Source: Porphyridium purpureum (Eukaryota). From it: DNA of 64,000 nt. The DNA lies in contig VRMN01000004.1 in assembly GCA_008690995.1 (NCBI GenBank), positions 124,001 to 188,000 of the forward strand, written 5' to 3'. This document shows positions 33,061 through 44,800 of this stretch, piece after piece (position 1 is the first letter of the stretch; every line of letters starts with the position of its first letter). The translations under genes and the position numbers were made by a program. The notes beneath the pieces are model-generated. The model had not been told where the DNA came from. It was given only the letters and a program-made list of their open reading frames with translations, and did no database searches.

Positions 33061-36000
33061 CACTCCCCGGCTGTGCTGCTGTCGGAGCATTACCTTCGTG
33101 GAAAGGTTGGTAGCCGAGAAGTTGGTCTCCGAGCCTTCTGAATTGGCTTCCTTGAAGCGGTTTGGTTAGAATGTCACTAACCATGTACTGTGTTCCGCAG
33201 TGCTCGACCTGTAGCTCGCTTCTTTGTATGAGGTCGTGCACGAAAAAGTGCCGAATGTGCATGTGCCGTGCCCGCGCGGAATGAGGCCTACCCCTGCGCA
33301 TCATTGCTATCGCTGACTGGTTGTCTTGCAGCAGAACCGGTGCATCACATTGGTGCCCTTGTTCTCGCAGAAAATTAGTCAGCCACAGGGCGGCTCCAAT
33401 GGCGTCGCTGACTGCAAGGATTTCGGCCTCCGTTGAGTTTTTTACAAGGGCTTTTTGCTTGGAGCTCTTTGCGGTGATGGTGCCGCTGCGTAAGGATACC
33501 GCTGCACCTGTGTGTGACGCCATTTTGGGTGTACCGCAAATGCTGCGTCAATGGATGCAATAGGCCTGTGTCCGACTTCCAGATTCAGGCCCAGGTCACG
33601 GGTCAAGTTCAAATATTCCAGAACTCGTAACAACTTGGTTGCATCTTCGACTTTTGGGCTCTCCACGCGTGTGATGAGGAAGGCCACCGGCAAGAAGATA
33701 TCAGGCCTGGCTCTCTTAGCAAGATATAAGAGCCTGCACGCCATCGAGTGGTGCGCATTCTTTTTCTCGCCATGGAGCAAGTCGGCGTCTTTGGTGACGA
33801 CAAAAATGTTGGCATCGGCTGGGGTTGGCCTGCTGGTCGTCAGTCCCGCGTCTTCTAAGATACTGTCGATGTATCCGGGCATCCGTATCTTCAAGACGCC
33901 GCGCGTTGCAAAGTCCAGAATCATGCCCAGGTAGTTGAGCTTCCTGCCGCGGTGACTCTCAACATTGTCGAAATCGTGTGATACGTCCTGCAAGAACTCG
34001 TCTATATTATTCTTAGAAGCCGCAGTGATCAGGACGTCATCGACGTGAAGAGCTATTGTCATTTGTCCGGCTCTCCGATTTATGTTCCATATGCAGGGAT
34101 CATAAGCGTTGGGATTGAATCCCATCCTTTTCAGCATTGCGGTGAGTTTGTCATACCAGAGTTTCGCCGCAAGAATTGTTCCGTAGAGAGCTCGCCTGAG
34201 GGACAGTATCATCTCTCCTTTCTGATTCCGGTATTTTGCAGCTTCGGGTACCAGCGCGACAAAGACACCAGAGAGGAAACGGTTGAGCCGAATGTATGTA
34301 GGTGGGTCGCCTGGCATTTCGGCGTGCAGGAATGCACCAGGAAAGTCTGCTGTGGCGACGGAGCGGCCCTCATGGGCTGCTATCGTGGCGACAGCGAGGA
34401 CTGCATCCGTGTGTGCCGTAGGTGAAGCAGGGTCGGGGTAGAGTTCCTTATCTTGCATGTTGCCGCCTGCTACCAGTCGCGCCTTAATCTTTTTCAGTGT
34501 GCCGTCAGGCCATGTCTGCTTTTTCAGCAGCAGATGGGATGGTATGATAAGCTTCCTTTGATTGGAAGAGAGCGATGCCAGGTGCACGGGTTCCATGACA
34601 TTCTTGTCGTGTTTTGTCATTTGGAACATCTCAGACACAATGGCCTTAAGGGCAGCACTCCCGTATTCGCGGACGGCTGCGCGTAGACGGAGGTTCAGGG
34701 CCTTCGCACGTTTGAAAGCCTCGCGGTCGGCGGATTCAGCAGCGCCTTTATGCGTGCGACGTGCTTCTTCGATCCGTCTCTTCGTGACCACCGGTGGCTC
34801 ATCATTCGAATCATCTTCTGGGGCTGGTCGCTTGCTGGGTCGCTTCATGTGGCTTGCTTCTTTGTCGTCGTGCTCTTTCAAGAGCTCCTCCTCACGACGA
34901 GCAAGGAGGTCTAGTCTTCTGTCTATCTCTGCAATCTTCGATCTCGTTAGTTCACGCTTCAGTGCTTGTTCTCTATTGTTAAGTTCTTGCAAGCGTGTGT
35001 CGATATCTCTGATGCGCCGCGACGGGGACGGTTCTTCGTTCGAGTCAAGCGCCGGTAAAGCCGGAGATTTCTTCTGGGCATCCGCCACCTGAACGGTAGG
35101 GCGCAGCGGAGGCAAGTCATCGTCAGGCTGCTGTACCCGCTGGGTATTATATTCACTGAATGCACGGGCTGCACCCTCTTCGACTATACCCTCGGAACTG
35201 CTTATGCCCGTATCTCCTACACGGAGCCGATTCAGCGATTTTGGCGGCGGAGAGCAATCTATTTGCGAATCGTTTCGATCGTTGTCGGGAGTTTTGTCGA
35301 GAGCCTCCCAATGAGGTACTGCATGCACCATTATGTCTTCCACCGTGTCCAGTGGTACAGTGGATACAGTGGGCACACTGTATGGCTGGACAGCCGGATT
35401 CTCGTGTAAAACAATGTCATTCTCGTAATATACAGTTTCGCTTATAAGTGGAGCGATGCCGCTCTGAGGCGGTGGACTTTGATTACTTAAGAACGAAGCG
35501 GGGTTGTCGTCTTGTAGAGCTGGCGCGCCTTCGCAAGGCATGTGTTGGAGAATGGGGGTTTGCATATGGTACAGTGTTAGCACCAGTAGTGTACACAGCA
35601 GTTATCGTAAGTGTAGTGATCAGGCACGTGTCCGGTGACCGCGGGCCGGGTCCCACCCTTGGTCTTCCGCCAAGGAGTGTTTTCGTGGACCGTGCCCGTT
35701 GTACTTGAGTAAAGTGTGCGTCTGCGTTTGTGCTGTGGCGGCCCTCTGCAACTTCGCTGTGTGTGCGGGCTCGGTGTACGTCTGTGTCTCCGCAGCCCGC
35801 CTTGGCCCGCTGTCTCTTCGGGAAGAGGAGATTCCTTTACAAGGCGCTTGGTCGGCGTATGTGCACGTGCCCAGTTCATTGTCTTGCAGCGCGTCGGGCA
35901 ATGTTATGTCCGGGTCAGTCCAGTTGTCATCCTCGTTTGGGGTCTCCTCGTGGCGAGTGGCCGCAACCGAGTTCATGTGCTCAACGGTCTCCAGTGGAGT

Positions 36001-37443
36001 GGGCAGCAAGGTCCAGCGTTGGCGGACTGTTGTCCCACCGGTCGCGAGCACGTAGAATTTCCAACTTCCGGCGATGCTTTCGGTTCCGTGGAGAGATATG
36101 CACCCGACTGTTCTCGGTTCCATGGTTTTTGATGTTTTTGCACGGTGAACTTGTGCGTAGGCGCCAAATTCAAGGCGAAGGTCCCGCTTGGCGTCTGGCT
36201 TACGTCCCGTAACGATCTCCTGAGCACTGCACGCGGTATCGTTGGAAACTGTGCTGCTCAACATATTTAGACCTTGCCGACAGAATTCAACGGCTGCGGG
36301 CACGAGCGTGTCAGGGAGCCGAAATGGCAGGGAATGAGTAACGCATCGGACGCGTTCCTTCAAAGTGCGGATCGCTCGTTCTGCGCTCGGGACGGCTTCT
36401 GTCGCAGCTGTGAACTCAGGGATAATACCTTCGTTCATCAATTGAGTGACAATGGCCACAATGCCAGCCTCTCGATCAGATCGTAATTCTTCAATCTTGA
36501 TGCGATGAGCGTACGCGTGGGCAAGCTGCTTGCGCAGCGCATTCCCAATCTCGGCAGCCGACTTGTTGCTGATGGGCGTTGCGTAGATGTACTGCGCAGG
36601 TTTCATGACAGAAACTACAAAAACCCGGCTTCCCAAAAACATCAAATCTGTGTGCAGCACTTGAACACTCCCTGGTGGTGTTGCTGCGGACTCTGGCAGC
36701 GCGGGACTCCTATGACCAGTGCTCTTGCCCTTTATGATGGCCAGGTCCGGCCCCCACAAGTGCATGGCGTTCTCAACGTCGCGAGCGGTAACACCGGCGT
36801 TTAAGAGTGCGCCGTTACGAATGTCCTTTAACACGTGCCTTGACGAAGGGAATGCAAGCCTTCGTGCAAGTTGCTGTACATTTGCGGCCCGCTCTACTTC
36901 GCGTTGAGTAAGTTTGCCCTGCCGGCGTTCAATAAGCTCGGGATTTGTGGAGGTGGTATCAACGAATGCTTGCCGTGGAGTGTGTGAGAAGATATCAAGG
37001 TCACGATCATAGCAACGAAAGACAGCTTTGTTCAAGACTATGCAGGTGTAGATGCTGTCTGCACGTCGCTTGAATGTCAGCGTGTGCCCTTCGGCTGCTG
37101 CTTTGAATTTGTCTTCTGCCTCGTCGTAGTGGACGCTGTATCCATCTGCACGCAGCTTCCCCATTGATAGCACGTTAGCAGTTACATCCTTACAGATGTA
37201 CGCTAACCCAAACACAGTCTCACCGGTTAGACTTACAATCTTTGGCACTGCGGTCGCCTGGATCCCTGACATTTCCATGGGCTGAGTGGCACTCACGTGC
37301 TGGGCCAGCTCTTCATCGCGTAGGATATGCTCGGTCGCGAGCGTGTCCAGGCCCACCTCCAGCTTTCGGAACTCAAATGAGTCCATCAATGTGCTGTTAA
37401 CTGTACGTCGCCCGGAGCCTGTGGCAGACTTCGGGCCGCCCCG
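33061..37443 (-). pseudogene. pol: Pol of Copia A (PR-INT-RT-RNaseH), frameshifted
   Basis: LDTLATEH, HTDLMF, RSDRE, ERAIRTLKE, KARLVAGG, LHVDD, STEAE, DILTKP spread over ORFs 35620-37389, 33442-35583 and 32867-33523. Confidence 0.85.
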
Positions 37444-38463
37444 TCATGCTTGGTCGGTACTGGTCTTTTTGGCCTTCGTCTTCTCGTCCAACAGTGCACG
37501 AACCTCTGTCTGAAGTTCACGTAGCAATCGAGCATCGTCCATTGCATTGGCACCTGAAACCCTGCCCCTGCGTGGGCGGAAGCGACGCGACGAGACGAAG
37601 GGCATACTCGCATACTTAGCCTGCTCGTGGTCTTCATCCACTGAACCGGCAAGGTTCGTGTGGAAAACGCGCGCATGCACAGGTCGAGGAGCGCGGTAGT
37701 TGAACTCGACAAGGAATTCGTACGCGGCGTCTGCCGAACCGAGGCTCATGTCGCCGTTGCGATAGTGGGCCACTGCCTCGGCGTAATGTCCGATGTTCAT
37801 CTTCTCGATGAAGATGAGCGCGAGTCGCTCCCTCGACGGGATGGGCTCCCCAACAACTTGCATCGCAACCAGGGATGCATCGAATCGGGTCTTGATTTCC
37901 GGCAACGGCTCACCGACGAGGTACCTCAGCTCTTGCATTTGCTGCAGGGCATGGTACTTGCGCTCGTCCTCGGTCTTGCCACGCGTCAAGTGCATGACGA
38001 TTACCTCTTTCAATAGGGCGAGCGGGTCGTCGCTTGCCTCCTGCAGGCTAACCCACGTCGCTCGTAGTTTCAATGCGGTCTTAGACGTCGCGGATAGCTG
38101 CCGCATCACTAGGCCAAATACTTTTACCTTGGCGACTTTGAAGTCGCTCTGCCATTTGGTCTGTTCCTGAAGACCGAGGCGCATTGCCTCCTTCATGGCG
38201 TATTCTTTCAAGTTTTCGTCCACCTCTGCCGGAACGGCAGGCAAGGAAAGTGCGGGGGGCTGGGGATAGTGTGGCGCACTGCTGCCAAGCTTAAAAATGC
38301 TGGCGATCTCGCCGAACTCGCGGCGGGCGCGCTGCCCGAGGGCTTCCATCCACTTGGCGACATCATCGCCGGACTGCGCCTTTCGCTCGTGGTAGTGCAG
38401 GAGGGGAAGCGAGTCAATCAATCCCTTCTCCCGCGGAGCGCGCGCCATCTTCACCTGTGCCAT
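37444..38463 (-). CDS. gag: Gag of Copia A
   Basis: 339 aa starting 25 nt after the 5' LTR; homologous to the Gag of D (KGLIDSLP vs KGVVESLP, DPLALLKEVIVMHLT vs DPLEMKKLIVVMHMT); no zinc knuckle. Confidence 0.8.
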   Translation of the reverse strand: MAQVKMARAPREKGLIDSLPLLHYHERKAQSGDDVAKWMEALGQRARREFGEIASIFKLGSSAPHYPQPPALSLPAVPAEVDENLKEYAMKEAMRLGLQEQTKWQSDFKVAKVKVFGLVMRQLSATSKTALKLRATWVSLQEASDDPLALLKEVIVMHLTRGKTEDERKYHALQQMQELRYLVGEPLPEIKTRFDASLVAMQVVGEPIPSRERLALIFIEKMNIGHYAEAVAHYRNGDMSLGSADAAYEFLVEFNYRAPRPVHARVFHTNLAGSVDEDHEQAKYASMPFVSSRRFRPRRGRVSGANAMDDARLLRELQTEVRALLDEKTKAKKTSTDQA

Positions 38464-38767
38464 TGGAAGTTTCTAAATAACACCTTTGTGTAAAAACCTT
38501 CCACTCTTACGAAAGTACACTTCTTTACGAAAGGTCAAAGGTGTAACTTTCACTCCCCTCTTTCTCAGCCCCTACCTAAGACGAATTTACGGAAGGACGG
38601 TCTCTCTGGAAGATGGGTGGCTTAAGTAGTCGGAGGGATGTGAATCGGGGAGCCCGGCGCCGTGATCTCCGGTAGCAGCTTCGGCCTCGTTGCTCTCGCC
38701 GAGCTCCAGGGCTCCGTTGTGTACAGGACTGGACTGTACCTGCTCGCCTTCGTTGTTCCTCAACAGC

Positions 38768-39997
38768 GGCTGACGGAGCGCGTGGGTGCGACCTGTACAT
38801 TCTCCATGAACTGTACTCAAGGAGGTAGAGTGAAATGATAAACCGATAAACCGAATCTGACGTTATGGAGCATGAATGCATGCTGACGAAGGGGCAAGGG
38901 AGGAGGAGCATGGAGGACACCGGTATTCCTACGCTCAAGGAAGTCTATGCACTGCTCTCCGATGAGCATGCATGCATACAGTTCCTTATGAGTATCGGTG
39001 TGCTTGCGGCAAAAATGCGTTGTCCTACGGTGGGTTGCTCGGCGGAGATGCGCGAGATTCAGGTAAAGTGTGCATTCAGGTGCAAGAGAAAGGCTTGCCA
39101 GCAGTTTGTATCACTTCGATCTACAAATTCGTTCTTCTCTGCCCATAAAAATCTTGCTTTTCACGATGTCTTGTTTTGTGTTTTTCTTTGGCTCCACTGT
39201 CTTTGTGCCACGCAGATTTCAGAGTTGACTGGACTCGCGAGGAGCTCAGTGCGCAGCATTCTCGTGCATGTACGCCAGTGCATGGTCGAGTACAATGCTA
39301 TGCATGAGGCTCCCATTGGTGGCCAGGATGTTATAGTCGAAATCGACGAAAGCAAGTTTGGGAAGCGCAAGTACCATCGAGGACATCGCGTTGATGGGGT
39401 ATGGGTGCTTGCCGGAGTGGAACGAACTGAAGAACGCCGTCTCTTCATGACAGTGGTGCCCAACCGGACAACGCGCACTTTAATTCCCATCATACAGCAG
39501 CGTGTGCACCCGGGCTCCATTATACATACGGATTGCTGGAAGTCGTACTTCATTTTGAAGTACCATCCGACACTCAGACACTATACCGTAAACCATGAAA
39601 TGCACTTCAAGGATCCGGTTACGGGAGTGCACACGAATACAGGGGAAGGAACTTGGCGGGCCGTGAAAGCAACCATGCCTGATTCTGCTTATGATGGAAA
39701 TCGTGTGAACCTTTATTTGGAGGAGTTCATATGGCGGCGTATCAACCACGGACGCGTTTGGGAAGCATTCATGCGTGTGCTTAAGTGGTGGCGCACCGAA
39801 AACCGCCAATTCAAATCGGTTTGACTCAGAGGTACAGTACGTTCCGTTGCTTGCTACAAAATAATCTAATTTTGTTGGACAGTTCCATTCTACTATAAAA
39901 GAATGTGTTCTGTATATAAGCGTGATTCTATCACATTTGCGCTTTTTGATAGGATTCGAGGAGGAGGTACAGGTCGCACTCCGGCGCTCCGTCAGCC
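38768..39997 (+). mobile_element. Merlin (IS1595/ISXO2-like) DNA transposon
   Basis: 31-bp TIRs GGCTGACGGAGCGC....GTGCGACCTGTAC with 3 mismatches. The 9-bp TSD GTTGGATGC is recovered at 13891-13899 and at 39998-40003 plus 47432-47434 once Copia A and D are removed. Confidence 0.9.
38865..39824 (+). CDS. Merlin/ISXO2-type DDE transposase
   Basis: EIDESKFGKRKYHRG, IHTDCWKSY, VNH...GVHTNTGEGTW; N-terminal Cys cluster; intact 319 aa. Confidence 0.92.
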   Translation: MEHECMLTKGQGRRSMEDTGIPTLKEVYALLSDEHACIQFLMSIGVLAAKMRCPTVGCSAEMREIQVKCAFRCKRKACQQFVSLRSTNSFFSAHKNLAFHDVLFCVFLWLHCLCATQISELTGLARSSVRSILVHVRQCMVEYNAMHEAPIGGQDVIVEIDESKFGKRKYHRGHRVDGVWVLAGVERTEERRLFMTVVPNRTTRTLIPIIQQRVHPGSIIHTDCWKSYFILKYHPTLRHYTVNHEMHFKDPVTGVHTNTGEGTWRAVKATMPDSAYDGNRVNLYLEEFIWRRINHGRVWEAFMRVLKWWRTENRQFKSV

Positions 39998-40201
39998 GTT
40001 GGATGTTATAGAGCCGTGACTCTAACGCACCCGGTAGGTCCCCTCGGCAATCGACTCTTCACCCGCGTGTCGACGCTCCAACCTTTATTGCCACTCACGA
40101 CAAACACTCTTCGCCTAACTTGAACTATCGCAGCCGCCGCAGACGTTTCTGAGATGTCATGCTTGTACGATTCCCCCATGCTGTCACGTCTCTGACTAGT
40201 A

Positions 40202-41750
40202 CACTCCTGGCCAAGATGGTTGTCCCAGGTGCAATTTCAACGTCTGAACTCCAGTTTTATAGTAAAAACGAGCGTTTTCATATGAAATCAATGTTTATTC
40301 CTTTTTTTAACATATTTTTGTTCCTCAGGTCAGAGGTAAGCGCGAGCTTTTGCGGGACCCCATGAGGCCATGAAGGGGTTCAGGACATGTGCAAGAAGAC
40401 TAACGCATCAACTGCACTCGGGCATACGATCGCGACCAAGTCCAGCAACCGCAAGCATCGGAAATATGGCACCACGGCTCTCCGACTTTGAGAAAGGCCA
40501 GATTGACGCTCTGCACCGGCTCTGTCTGACGCCGCGGGCCATTGCAGCACGCCTTCGTCCGCGACCAGACAAGACCCGACCATCCTACAAGACTGTGGAG
40601 CGATTTCTGAAGAATCGAGGCAAGAAAAGGGTTTTCAAGAAGCCCGGACCGGCGCGGACAATATCGCCGAAATTGGAGCGTCGCCTGATTCGGCACGTCA
40701 TTACGGATAGATTGACGTCTGCACAGGCAGTGACGGAGCTGCAGCTTGCGTGCAGTGCGAGAACTGTTCGTCGTATCCTGCAGAGATCACCAGAGGTTCG
40801 TCTTATCACACAGAGGCGAAAGTTCTTCATTTCGGAAAAGAACCGAGTCAAGCGGCTCGCATTTGCTCGAGAATACGTCCACAAGCCGCTATCGTTTTGG
40901 AAGAATGTCATCTTCTCGGATGAAAAGATCTTTCGGCTGGACGGGCCGCACGGGTACAACAAGACTTATCAGCGCACGCGAGGCCCTGAGCCCGCGCCAA
41001 CTATGCGTCGCCACAGTGGCGGAGGATCCGCGATGTTTTGGGTGCCATGTCGTGGCACGGACTGAGTACGTTGCATCGTGTTCAAGGCTCGCTGAATGCC
41101 GAGCGATATCGGCAGGTTATGCTGAACGTCATGATGCCCTGGGCATTGGAACTGCCCTGGCGCCTTGATCAGCCGGATTGTCCATTCATATTTCAGCAAG
41201 ATAATGCGCCCGGACATACAGCGCTGAGCACGCGCGAGCTGTTTGACACGGTCGGAATCGCACTGCTTGATTGGCCAGCGCGGTCGCCGGACTTGAATCT
41301 AGTTGAGAATCTGTGGGCGATCGTTTCTCACCGTGTGCATTGGCAAGGACGCCAGTTTATGCGCCTCGATGACATGCTTCCAGTTATCTATGACTGCTGG
41401 CGAACGGAAGCGCCAAAGTATGTTGAGGCACTTTTCGAGAGCATGCCCCGTCGCCTGCAAGCTTGCATCGACGCCGGTGGCCGTCAAACCAAGTACTAGT
41501 TTCGTTACTACAATTAAATCTCTTCTCATGAGCGTGTTTGTCCTCATCAACCTCTTTTATTGTTTTTCTCTTTTTCGGCACTTCTCACACCTGTCGTTTT
41601 GTTCTACGATACCTTTGGACGCCCCTACCCATTTTCCGTGCCGCTGATTCTTTTCGTGCCATCGAAACAGACGACAACCTAGTCGAAAAGCCGAGGTGTT
41701 CACAAAAAACTTCATTTAATCCTGTGGGACAACTAACTTGGCCAGGACTG
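40202..41750 (+). mobile_element. Tc1/mariner transposon inserted in the 3' LTR of D
   Basis: 26-bp imperfect TIRs CA(C/G)TCCTGGCCAAG..., TA duplication at 40200-40201 and 41751-41752. Confidence 0.92.
40466..41499 (+). pseudogene. Tc1 DD34E transposase with one frameshift near 41040
   Basis: FSDEK in one frame; FQQDNAPGH...SPDLNLVE (34 residues between D and E) in another. Confidence 0.88.
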
Positions 41751-41821
41751 TATTGGCTACGTACGGTTTACCTAGCTCGCGCACACAGCATAACACACTC
41801 CCAATCGTCATCATGCATCAC

Positions 41822-44800
41822 TCATGGCGTCTCCTCGGCCCCCAGCATCCACGCTCGAAGCTTTTGAAACAGTTTACCTTGTACTGGCTTTGTGAGTACA
41901 TCGGCCCACATAAGTTCCGTCGGGCAATGCTTCAGGTCGAGCTCTCCTCGTGAAATGCGGTCACTCGTGAAGAAATATCGCAACGCGATGTGCCTCGTTC
42001 GAAACGAGTTAGGTCTTCCATTCCGGATGAGTGCCATCGTTGCTTCGTTATCTTGGTAAAGGACTTTCCGTTTGACATCCACATCCAGCTCTGTCAGGAG
42101 AGCCGCTATCCATATACTTTGCCCCATCATATCACTGACACCGACGAGTTCCGCCTCGGTTGAGCTTTTAGTGACCAATTTCTGGCGACTGCTCTTTGCA
42201 TATACCGCCCCACGGCCAAGAGAAACCACGCAACCGGTATGGCTGTGCATGTCACTGTGCACGCCAAACGCTGCGTCAACAAAGATTGATACTTCTACAT
42301 GACCTTCTGCACATGTTTTCACGCCAAGTCTGAGCACCTGCTCTCTGGTCCTTGCCAAGTACTTTAAAGCGCGATTCAACTTTGCTTGGTCGTCTGCGTT
42401 TTGTGCAATCACTCGCCTCGTTAAGTGAGATGTGACCAAGAGCAATTTTGGTCGTATTCTTTTGGCGAGATAAAGCAATTTTGCGACAAGAGTGTGAAAG
42501 GTGGCTTTCTCTTTTTGGGACAATGACTGACTGTTTGCATATACATCAAACAAATTATCAGTTGCCGGTGTCTTGGCACTCCCCGTTACATTCGCTTCTG
42601 ACAATAAGCGATCCGTAAAGGCCGGCATACTAACTTCAACGTGTCCCATGTCATCATACCGAAAAACGAGGCCCAGGTATTCCAAAGTCTGGTTGATGCA
42701 CACCTTAAGTCCTTGGTATCTCGCTTTCAACTCGTCGCTCAAACGTGCTATGTCTTCACAATTCTTTGCAAAAAGTTTGATGTCATCGACATGCACCACC
42801 AACCACATGTCGTCTTCTGCTCGCTTAAGAACACAGGGATCGTTCACGCACACCATGAAACCAATATCCTGCAGATCTTTGACCAAGTGATTGTACCACA
42901 GCTTCGCTGATGTAATACATCCGTACATGGCTTTCTTTAGCCGACAAATCATTGTTCCACTTTGTCCAACAGCTTGCTCCAGTTCCGGGTCTATCGCCAC
43001 CATCACGCTGGATAGTTCCCTGTCAAGACGAACGAAAACCTGCGGTCCTTCTTCTGGCATACTTACATTTAGGTACGCTCCAGGAAAGTCTACAGTCGCA
43101 ACCTTGCGTCGCTCGTGCGCGGCTAAAGCTGCCAACGATCGTAGCGCTTCTGTACTGACCGTCGGTGATGCTGAATCAGGGAACAGTTCCCGCTCTTGTC
43201 TGTGCCCTCCTGCGACCAGCCTTGCCTTGATCTTTACGACTTCGTTTGTCTGCGGATTCCTTTTCTCATCAAGTATCATGTGTGCAGGTAAAAGACTGCG
43301 CTTTTCGTCGTCTGTTAGCTTTCTTGTTATCGGTTCTAGCACATCTTTATCCCAAGCAGACATCTGCATCAGCTCATTGATAACTGCACGAAGTCCAGAT
43401 GTTCCGTACTCCGTATATGCCTTCCGAACTATCGCGCTTAAACACTTAGACTTTTTTACAAGTCTCCACATTGCTCTGAAGGTTCGCCTTTTCTTTGATG
43501 AGCGAATGCCAGTGTCATCACAGCTTTGTACGAATCGTGCTCGTTTCGCACCGCGCGAAGGCACTGGCGGTAATCTTGACGTTATATCTCTGATAATAAG
43601 TGCACTGTCCATTGTGCCATTTGACCGTACTGGGACGTCCGAGACCGACATATTGCCTAGTTTAATGTCACCCAGGTCTTGATCATTGCAGGAATCAACC
43701 GGATTCATCTCATCGCACATGCCTTCTCTGGGCCTGGGTTGCACTTGAACATCCCTAGTCCCGCCTGTATTTTCTGTGTCTTGCTCCATTGGAGGAACTG
43801 CAACGTTTTCCGCACTCCCCACTTGTAGAGGCAGTGCTAGCATGCCCTCGCCACCCCCTGCTTCTGCCGGTAAACAGCTTGTTTCTCTGTCACTCCCGGC
43901 TTGAACTGCATGTCGTGGTGTCTCAGCATGCTGAGATTCGGGTCCTGTTGAAGCTGCGCTCTGTTCTCCGCCGAGCTGCTCTCCTGTTCCTTTTATTGGA
44001 CCAGTATGTGACATACTCAGTGCTCCCTGCGACCTTGGATATTCTTGAGCGCTTGCGGTTTCGATTTCGTTCTCGCTGTCCGTCAGGGCATCAGCTTCAT
44101 TGTCACGTAGCAAAGATATAGTTCCTTTGAAACCATTCAAGTATGATATCACCTCTTCAGGAATACTCAGTTTCTGCCACCGCTGCCTTCTTGTCTCACG
44201 CATGCTGTTTAAGTTGAGTAAAACCCAACTGCCTTCCACGTTTCCAACTGGGTACAATGCAATGCACCCGACAGTACGCGCTTTCAGAGAATTATCCACT
44301 TTCGCGCTCTCTGCCTGTACGTAATCGCCAAACTTGAGAGCCAAGTCTCTCTTCATGCTCGCCTTGACACCTGTCATGCGCGACATAGGTGTTTCGGCGT
44401 CATGCCATCCAGTTGTCCCAGGGACAATATTGCACCTGTGAGTGCTGTACTGAACTAGTTGAGGCAGAAGCTCCTTTGGCAACGCAAATGGCAAGGAATA
44501 CAATGTCGAGCGGGCGATCTCTTTCACCGTCCTTATCGCTCTTTCCACCGCAGGGACCGCCTCAGCGCTCGCGGTCTGGTTCAGCAAAATGCCTGTTTCG
44601 CTCAATTCTTCGACTATTGCTAAAAGTCCCGACTCGGGGTCAGTCTTGACGGCCCTTACGTCTATCCTGTGTGCCTTCAAGAATGCAACTTGCTTTTTCA
44701 TTGCGGCACTCATGTCTTTCGCTGTTTTGCCTTTTGCCATCGTGGTGATAATGAAATGCATCGGCTTGACAACGGTGATGACAAATGTGTAGCCTTCTAG

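Larger units (their letters stand above)
13903..38765 (-). mobile_element. Ty1/Copia LTR retrotransposon A (host of B and C)
   Basis: 277-bp LTRs TGTAAAAA...CCTCAACA at 38489-38765 and split at 13903-14143 plus about 33021-33060; TSD GCGGC at 13898-13902 and 38766-38770; PPT GGGGAGTG. Confidence 0.92.
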
